Shown: positions 57,974 to 64,000 of the stretch, in pieces
Numbering within the stretch: the stretch's first letter is position 1
Layout of the letters: each line of letters opens with the position of its first letter
Source of the DNA: Nitrososphaerota archaeon
GTDB taxonomy: Archaea; Thermoproteota; Nitrososphaeria_A; Caldarchaeales; Calditenuaceae
NCBI GenBank assembly: GCA_041641295.1
Contig: JBEPYO010000001.1
Location: 320,001-384,000 of the forward strand
DNA length: 64,000 nt
Reading direction: 5' to 3'
The notes under the pieces: generated by a model
Database searches by the model: none
What the model saw: the letters and a program-made list of their open reading frames with translations, nothing else
Told to the model about the DNA's origin: nothing
Program-made: the position numbers and the translations under genes

Positions 57974-59020
57974 TATAGTCTTCTCGATAAACGCTGTTGG
58001 GTCTTCCATCATTCTATACAGCTTTTCTGCCCTCTGCTTAATCTCCCTCCTAACCCTACTGCTTGTCAGGTGCTCGGAGATCTTCCCAATCTTCACATAG
58101 TCCTTCGGTCTCACGACGGTGAGCAACCCTTTAGACTGTAGGAATCTATGGACTGCGGGCGTTTCACCGGGGTAGAAGAGGACTGTAGGCTTCCCGAGCA
58201 GCGCTGCCTCTTGGGCTATGGTCCCTCCGCCCGAGTACACGATAGCTGCATTCCTTACGTATGGCAGCGCGAGCACGGGCCTAGATAGAAGCACAACATT
58301 CCTAGGGACTCTGCCCCTAAGCAGGTGGGCCTCGCCCCTATACCTGCACAAAACCACGACACGTCTATAAAGCTCAGAAATACGCCTCACAAGCTCCAAC
58401 GCCTCTGTAAGTCCGCGGCCCAGAATGTATGACGCCTTATACTCTGGAACCCTCACGAGTGCGTATTCATCTTCAGGCGGCTCCGGGGCTTTACCTTGGA
58501 GACGTCTGTACCTTCTAATCCAGGCAACAGGGTCTAATGCTCTATACCTGAGTATGCTGTTGCGTCTAGCACCCCACACGGCCCAGTCGCGGTATCCTAT
58601 GACGAAGGGTGTAAGTATCTGTGTGGAGACTGGTACGCACATCCTATTAACTGGAGAGTGGGGAGAGTCTGATGCGAGGAGGTGTGGGATCTGGAGGCCG
58701 AAGCATATCCGCGCCATCTCCACCGAGCCGCTCGAGATCGCTATATCCGGCCTCTTGTTTTTTAAATGTCTCAGAAGCAGTGCTTGACGCTCTGTGCTGG
58801 ACTCCAACTTCTCCATCAGGCTCTCACCGCCGAAGCGTCCCAGGACCAGTGTGTCGAGTTCTAGGAGTTGTATAATCCAGTCAAGCTGCTCATATCTCCT
58901 CGCGGTGACGAGTGTGTTGATGCCGCGTCTCTCCAGTGACTCGGCAAGTGGCCAGAAGAAGAGGGCCTGCTTTGGAGTCAACACCTCAATCCAGACCGTC
59001 GTCAATATCCGACACCACAC
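57956..59020 (-). CDS. DUF354 family GT-B glycosyltransferase-like protein
   Basis: VWIEVLTPKQ, LVTAR, AISSGS.E, SGGGTIAQEAALLGKP. Confidence 0.87.
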   Translation of the reverse strand: MWCRILTTVWIEVLTPKQALFFWPLAESLERRGINTLVTARRYEQLDWIIQLLELDTLVLGRFGGESLMEKLESSTERQALLLRHLKNKRPDIAISSGSVEMARICFGLQIPHLLASDSPHSPVNRMCVPVSTQILTPFVIGYRDWAVWGARRNSILRYRALDPVAWIRRYRRLQGKAPEPPEDEYALVRVPEYKASYILGRGLTEALELVRRISELYRRVVVLCRYRGEAHLLRGRVPRNVVLLSRPVLALPYVRNAAIVYSGGGTIAQEAALLGKPTVLFYPGETPAVHRFLQSKGLLTVVRPKDYVKIGKISEHLTSSRVRREIKQRAEKLYRMMEDPTAFIEKTILSLLQ

Positions 59021-59070
59021 TTCCTTACAAGATACTGGTTATATAGTTAGCCACCATCACTACAAACGGC

Positions 59071-60057
59071 ATGTATGTGAGTGGGCAAGTATTCTTGATC
59101 CTTTTAGCCTTTTTAGTCTCATGGGCATTGACTGGGGTCATTACTAAGCATGTGCGCTCAGCGAGGCTGATGGGTGTTGATGTGCATAAACCTGATAGGC
59201 CGCGTATCCCCAAGATAGGTGGCCTCGCCTTCACGGCAAGCTACTCAGCAGCCATGCTTTTGAACTGGCTGATGGGTGGAGGGGTTGTAGAGCTTGTCCT
59301 AGTCGTCTCCCCGCTAATTGCTGCGGCTATTGGATTCTTAGAGGATGTGAGGGAGCTTAACCCCGTGGTCAAGCCCCTCCTCCTACTTCTCCCAGGAATC
59401 CCTGTCCTGCTCCTCTCGGCCTATAACCCCTACCCAGTCATTCCGCTAGTTGGAGGCATAAGAATCACCCTCCTCTACCCTCTCCTAGTGCTGGCGGCCT
59501 ATACGGTGGTCGCCAACGCTGTAAACAGCGTGGACGTACTTAATGGCTCGCTGGTACTCTCAACTCTACCAGTTCTCCTACTCCTCGCAGCTGTCTCATG
59601 GCTTATGGGCGGAGAGACTCCTGCCCTCGCATCACTAGCTCTGGGAGCCTCTCTACTGGGATTCTTAAGATATAACTGGTATCCTGCACGGGTTTTCAGC
59701 GGAAACGTCGGAAGCAATCTAGTAGCCGCGGTGATAACTACAGTCGCTATTACGGCTCGAATAGAAGTAATTACACTCGTCGCACTTCTTCCCCACATAT
59801 TGAATGAGTTTTTCATAATCGTCTCGATGGGTGGGCTAAAGTCTGGGAAGGCATTCGCCGCCAGACCCATCCGCGTCGTGAGAGGAATGATAGTGTCTAG
59901 TCCGAGGCTAGGCGATCCCATCACGCTTGTGAGGCTCATAACATTGCAGAACCCCATGGGGGAGGCCTCGGTATCAAAAAGAATGGCCCTGCTTAGCACC
60001 TATTCCTCAATACTAGCTCTGATAACATACCTCCTCGGCGGAGTCAGACTCAGGTGA
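59071..60057 (+). CDS. Polyprenyl-phosphate HexNAc-1-phosphate transferase (AglH/Alg7, MraY-like family)
   Basis: GVDVHKP..PKIGG, IGFLED, NAVNSVDVLNG, FLRYNWYPARVFSGN; about 10 TM helices. Confidence 0.9.
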   Translation: MYVSGQVFLILLAFLVSWALTGVITKHVRSARLMGVDVHKPDRPRIPKIGGLAFTASYSAAMLLNWLMGGGVVELVLVVSPLIAAAIGFLEDVRELNPVVKPLLLLLPGIPVLLLSAYNPYPVIPLVGGIRITLLYPLLVLAAYTVVANAVNSVDVLNGSLVLSTLPVLLLLAAVSWLMGGETPALASLALGASLLGFLRYNWYPARVFSGNVGSNLVAAVITTVAITARIEVITLVALLPHILNEFFIIVSMGGLKSGKAFAARPIRVVRGMIVSSPRLGDPITLVRLITLQNPMGEASVSKRMALLSTYSSILALITYLLGGVRLR

Positions 60058-60296
60058 GACCGATGAAAACCCTTATAGCACTAATCACCATTGCTTGGGT
60101 CTCGCTAATCGGAGTTCTCATCGCCATTTCAACTATTATCCTGCCCTTGGCGCAGGGGATTGAGTCAAGCCTTGCCGCGGGCCTCTTACGCGTGGCTCTC
60201 TCACTCGCCCTGTTCGCCGTGTGGCTTGTCTGGCTGTTCGAACTCGCCTTCTATGCCTCTCTCATGTCTAGGCGGGGGAGGGGTGAGCAGAAATGA
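60054..60296 (+). CDS. Small 2-TM protein in the glycosylation operon
   Basis: Translationally coupled on both sides; two hydrophobic helices. Confidence 0.65.
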   Translation: MRPMKTLIALITIAWVSLIGVLIAISTIILPLAQGIESSLAAGLLRVALSLALFAVWLVWLFELAFYASLMSRRGRGEQK

Positions 60297-61387
60297 CCCG
60301 GCCGGTCTCACTCATAGACATGGATGGCTCCGGCCTGTCCCTACTCTTCAGGCTGCTGAAGAATGGGCTACAAGTGCATTATTCCCCGTTCGTAGCTGGC
60401 AGGCGGCTCAAGACTTTGAAAGTCGGTGAGGCGGCGCGTAAACTTGTAGCCAATGCGATAAATAAGGGGCAGCTGAAGGAGGTGAAGACCAGCGAGGCAA
60501 TCTCGAGCTGCGACATACTAGTTATATCGTATATCCACTGGCTTAACTCGGATATTGACAAGAGGGACCTAGCCCACATCTATAGAGAGATATGCGACCA
60601 CGCGGGGAGCAAGACACTACGCATTGTCCAAACCGGGTTACATGAGTTAGGGTTGATGGACTGGCTTGGGACCATTCTGCAGCGCCAAACTAGGGATTGT
60701 AGGCTATTTTACCTACCTTTTACAAGAATATTCAAGGCGAGAGTCCCTGTAGGCGGGCCGCCCATAGACGACCATGTAAGGCCGGTAGTCTCTGCATTGT
60801 GTGGGCGTAAACAGCTGATACCGGGTCTGAGCTATCTCGAAGCTGAAGCTGCGGCTCTTACACAGCTGCTCAGCGAGGCGGCTGCATATGCGGCGGCTGT
60901 GGAGGTTGGCTTGATCCTCTACCGAAGGTATGGTGTCATACAGCCCGAGAACCTGCCCAAGTTCCTGGGGGAGAAGAGGGGAATTCACTGGAGGCGTAGG
61001 CTCGGCGACTCTCTGCTCTTGCTTCTGGAGGAGCTGGAGGGGTCGGAGCTTCAGAGATCCCTAGCCGCTGGAGCAATCTCCAGACTCATTAGAGAGGGTG
61101 ATAAAGTCGTGGTAGACCTCCTCACCAAGTACTTCAAGTCTAAAAAAATGGCGAGGATACTTCTGCTAGGCACGAGCCCTCAGCTGGCAGACAAGATCGG
61201 ACGAAAGTTCAAAGTAGCATACCTACCCCGCTCTGAGCTGGGGTCCAGAAAGACTCCCCAGAAGGTAGATGCAGCTATAGTAGCCGGGGTCGACGCGGGG
61301 ACAATCAGTCTATTGAAAGGGTTATTAAGTGAGGGCGGAGTAATAATTGACTTGAGCCACTTCCGCCTGATTAGGAGCGAGAAGTGA
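60293..61387 (+). CDS. Divergent UDP-glucose/GDP-mannose dehydrogenase-like protein (probably catalytically inactive)
   Basis: Overall layout of the family (EAISSCDILVI, EAEAAAL helix, RILLLG..DAAIVA..VIID), but GxGxxG and the catalytic Cys motif are absent. Confidence 0.5.
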   Translation: MTRPVSLIDMDGSGLSLLFRLLKNGLQVHYSPFVAGRRLKTLKVGEAARKLVANAINKGQLKEVKTSEAISSCDILVISYIHWLNSDIDKRDLAHIYREICDHAGSKTLRIVQTGLHELGLMDWLGTILQRQTRDCRLFYLPFTRIFKARVPVGGPPIDDHVRPVVSALCGRKQLIPGLSYLEAEAAALTQLLSEAAAYAAAVEVGLILYRRYGVIQPENLPKFLGEKRGIHWRRRLGDSLLLLLEELEGSELQRSLAAGAISRLIREGDKVVVDLLTKYFKSKKMARILLLGTSPQLADKIGRKFKVAYLPRSELGSRKTPQKVDAAIVAGVDAGTISLLKGLLSEGGVIIDLSHFRLIRSEK

Positions 61388-61394
61388 TTGGGTC

Positions 61395-62393
61395 TTGGGG
61401 CAAGATCGGGTAAGGGTTGCTGTGATTGGGGCCGGGTTTTGGGGTAGAAACCACGCCAGAGTTCTCTCAGAGATTCCTAGCGTCGAGCTCTGCGCAGTTG
61501 TGGACGTAGAGGCTCAGAGGGCTGAACAGGTTGCTAGGAGGTACAACATTCCCAACGTATACACGGACTACAGGAAGATTCTACAAGGAGGGGAGGTTGA
61601 CGCGGTCAGCATCTGCACACCGACAATAACTCACGCCGAGATTGCCTTGGATTGTATTAGAGATGGGGTGGCGGTACTTGTCGAGAAACCTATGGCCGCC
61701 AACCTTAAGGAGGCTATAGAGATCTACGACACGGTTAAATCCTGTGGAGGAAAATTGATGGTCGGCTTTATCGAGAGGTTTAACGCCGCGGTACAGTATA
61801 TGCTCTCCGCTTTATCGGACGGGGTCATAGGCACCCCGCTCACAATAGCTGCCAGAAGGATAGGGCCGTGGCCCGAGAGGATTGGGGATGTCGGCGTAGT
61901 AAAGGACGTCGCCATACACGACATAGACCTGACACACTATTTCTTTGGGAGTACACCCCTGCAAATCTATGCGACGGGAGGAGCGCTCAGGCACAGCTAC
62001 GAGGACTATGTACAGGCGCTGATGTACTTTGACGAGGTGAGGTCGGCCTCGGTGGAGGCTAACTGGCTCTCCTCAAAGAAGAAGAGGGACATGCGGATAA
62101 CCGGGACAGAGGGAGTAGCCCACATAGAGTTTCTCACAGGCGAGGTTATAATCGAGAAGCCCGACTACTCCATAAGCCCCACTATAAACTATGTTGAGCC
62201 TCTGAAGAGCGAGCTCACATACTTTGTCGAGCAGCTCCGCGCCTCTCGGGAGCTTGTGCCGGGGCCGCGGGAGGGCCTGCTCTCCCTGGCAGTCGCCGAG
62301 GCCATACTCAACTCTATGAAGAGTCGCAGAACAGTCTCGCTTGAGCAGGTTCTCGCGGAGTGGGGAATCAGCGGCAAGGAGGCCAAGCTATAG
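61395..62393 (+). CDS. Gfo/Idh/MocA oxidoreductase (WbpB-like UDP-sugar 3-dehydrogenase)
   Basis: IGAGFWG.NH, VEKP, GFIERFN, DVGVVKDVAIHDID, EPLKSEL. Confidence 0.9.
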   Translation: MGQDRVRVAVIGAGFWGRNHARVLSEIPSVELCAVVDVEAQRAEQVARRYNIPNVYTDYRKILQGGEVDAVSICTPTITHAEIALDCIRDGVAVLVEKPMAANLKEAIEIYDTVKSCGGKLMVGFIERFNAAVQYMLSALSDGVIGTPLTIAARRIGPWPERIGDVGVVKDVAIHDIDLTHYFFGSTPLQIYATGGALRHSYEDYVQALMYFDEVRSASVEANWLSSKKKRDMRITGTEGVAHIEFLTGEVIIEKPDYSISPTINYVEPLKSELTYFVEQLRASRELVPGPREGLLSLAVAEAILNSMKSRRTVSLEQVLAEWGISGKEAKL

Positions 62394-62423
62394 GTATAAT
62401 TCACCCCTCGCCTCCAGTATTCA

Positions 62424-63473
62424 TTGTTGCGGGAGCTGAGGACTCTCTACTGGAAGGGCGGCTCTCTATATCTGCTCGACCAGCGCCTCCTACCGCACAG
62501 GGAGAGGTATGTGAGGTGTAGAGGCTACAGAGACGTGGCCCGCGCTATTAGGGAGATGATTGTCAGAGGTGCTCCGGCTATTGGTGTGGCCGCTGCATAT
62601 GGAATCGTCCTAGCCTGTAAGACTGCGGGCGGCAAGAAGGCCATGCTTGAGGCTCGGATTATGGAGGCTGCTGAGGCAATAAAGTCAACACGGCCCACTG
62701 CAGTGAACCTGTTTTGGGCTGTTGACCGAATGGTAAGACTGGCTAAGGAGGCGATAGAGTCTGGATTAGACGTCTACGAGACTCTTTTACAGGAGGCGAA
62801 CAGGATGGCTGAGGCGGATATCGAGGCCAATAGGCGGATAGGGGAGTATGGGAAGGGGCTTATCCCGGACGGTGCAACTGTCATGACCTACTGTAATGCC
62901 GGCGGGTTGGCTACCGTTGGTTATGGAACGGCGATTGGGGTTATAAGAGCTGCCTTCGAGGGGGGCAAAAAGATCTCCGTGCTTGTCCCCGAGACAAGGC
63001 CGAAGCTTCAAGGAGCCAGGCTCACAGCATATGAGCTGAAGAGACTGGGCATCCCCTACAAGATAATCACAGACAATATGGCCTCCATGTTGATGAGTAT
63101 GGGGAAAGTAGGCTGCATAGTTGTGGGAGCGGACAGGGTACTAGCTAGGACGGGACACGTGGTCAACAAGATCGGCACCCTAGGTCTGGCGATCTCAGCA
63201 AGATATTTCGGAGTACCATTCTATGTAGCGGCGCCCCTCTCCAGCTTCGACTTCGAGAGAAAGCCGGATGAGGTCAAGATCGAGGAGAGAGACGAGCAAG
63301 AGGTTCTTACCATAGCTGGCAAAAGCATCGCCCCACGCGGCTCCAAAGCGGTGAACCTAGCCTTCGACATAACGCCGCCAGAATTGGTCTCCGCCATTAT
63401 CACTGAATACGGCGTCTACGAGCCTAGCGGGCTCATGTTGCTTGAGAAATATGCTCGGCCCCATACTGGGTAG
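62424..63473 (+). CDS. mtnA: Methylthioribose-1-phosphate isomerase
   Basis: LLDQR.LP, VRGAPAIG, TRPTAVNL, CNAGGLAT, ETRPKLQGARLT, NKIGT. Confidence 0.95.
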   Translation: MLRELRTLYWKGGSLYLLDQRLLPHRERYVRCRGYRDVARAIREMIVRGAPAIGVAAAYGIVLACKTAGGKKAMLEARIMEAAEAIKSTRPTAVNLFWAVDRMVRLAKEAIESGLDVYETLLQEANRMAEADIEANRRIGEYGKGLIPDGATVMTYCNAGGLATVGYGTAIGVIRAAFEGGKKISVLVPETRPKLQGARLTAYELKRLGIPYKIITDNMASMLMSMGKVGCIVVGADRVLARTGHVVNKIGTLGLAISARYFGVPFYVAAPLSSFDFERKPDEVKIEERDEQEVLTIAGKSIAPRGSKAVNLAFDITPPELVSAIITEYGVYEPSGLMLLEKYARPHTG

Positions 63474-63999
63474 CGGCCATTCTCACCCAGTTGTATAGGG
63501 CTTCGTGGGGTAGTTGGACGGTCATGCTACCTTTCGTGAGCGATATGATCTGCTGGACGCAGGTCTCGCTATAGGACAAGACGGTCCCACTAGATCCGAG
63601 CCTTCTCAACAATTTGCCACCGATCTCTATGGAGAGTTCCCTATTCTTTCTGAAGAGGCCCCAGAGGCCACCTGATCCGCAGCACTCTGACACCACTCCT
63701 CCTACATGGGCCCCGAGTTTCTGGAAGGAGCTGGAGATTTGGCTGGTTAGGCGGAGGTATTGGGAGAGGCACGTAGAGTGTAGGACGAAGCTAAGGCCGC
63801 TGAGGTTGGCGGAAAGCCTCCCAGATTCCACTAGGCTGTTGATGAGCTCGTTTATGTCTACCACTGCATCTGAGACGGCCCTACTCTTCTCGCTGTCCAA
63901 GAGTTTTGGGTATACCTCCCTCAGCATGAGGGTGGAGGCGGGGGATGTGCAGAGAATCCTTCTCCCCTTTTCAACCTCCTCTGATAAACTCTCAACATT
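63433..63999 (-). CDS. Fe-S oxidoreductase with CCG domains (GlpC/HdrD-like), C-terminal part; gene starts beyond the window
   Basis: Frame open to the window end; HSTC, CCGSGGLWG, ETCVQQI. Confidence 0.75.
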   Translation of the reverse strand, partial: NVESLSEEVEKGRRILCTSPASTLMLREVYPKLLDSEKSRAVSDAVVDINELINSLVESGRLSANLSGLSFVLHSTCLSQYLRLTSQISSSFQKLGAHVGGVVSECCGSGGLWGLFRKNRELSIEIGGKLLRRLGSSGTVLSYSETCVQQIISLTKGSMTVQLPHEALYNWVRMAATQYGAEHISQAT

Positions 64000-64000
64000 C

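Noticed and set aside
59071-60057. Asp-to-Glu/Asn changes (FLED, FSGN) suggesting an inactive AglH
   Set aside because: Such variants are, as recalled, common in TACK homologues, and the other motifs are intact.
402-63403. Numerous antisense or alternative-frame ORFs in the track (e.g. 34978-35550, 40388-40960, 47064-47594, 51420-52046)
   Set aside because: They are shadows of well-supported genes on the opposite strand, Ser-rich and without motifs.
1-64000. CRISPR arrays, rRNA genes, transposases, integrases
   Set aside because: No regularly spaced repeats, rRNA-like stretches or DDE/tyrosine-recombinase motifs were seen by eye.

Overview
This is a gene-dense chromosomal segment of a thermophilic TACK-superphylum archaeon. 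Crenactin, an HMf-type histone, intron-containing tRNA and an F420-type LLM enzyme together suggest Aigarchaeota/Caldarchaeales or a relative (inference). Most of the window is housekeeping. Information-processing genes include exosome Rrp42, ribosomal proteins, Rpo3/Rpo7/Spt4, aIF2-gamma, EF-1alpha, ThrRS and tRNA-modification enzymes. Metabolic genes include an ECF transporter, a 4-subunit 2-oxoacid:ferredoxin oxidoreductase, methylcitrate-cycle genes and glutamate dehydrogenase. A small accessory patch lies next to two tRNAs (27-31 kb). The most notable items are: (1) crenactin paired with an uncharacterised Zn-ribbon/Pro-rich/coiled-coil protein, divergent from a histone gene; (2) a ribophorin-I-like membrane protein beside an AglH/DUF354/sugar-dehydrogenase glycosylation cluster that includes an apparent pseudo-enzyme; (3) a stand-alone HerA-NurA pair without mre11/rad50; (4) ribosomal protein genes repeatedly flipped in place within conserved operons. 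Elements missing from the ORF track were also found: a two-intron tRNA-Gln, a C/D-box sRNA, a CTG-started spt4, and two microprotein ORFs. No CRISPR array, rRNA gene, transposase or integrase was seen. Calls rest on motifs recognised by eye; no database searches were run.
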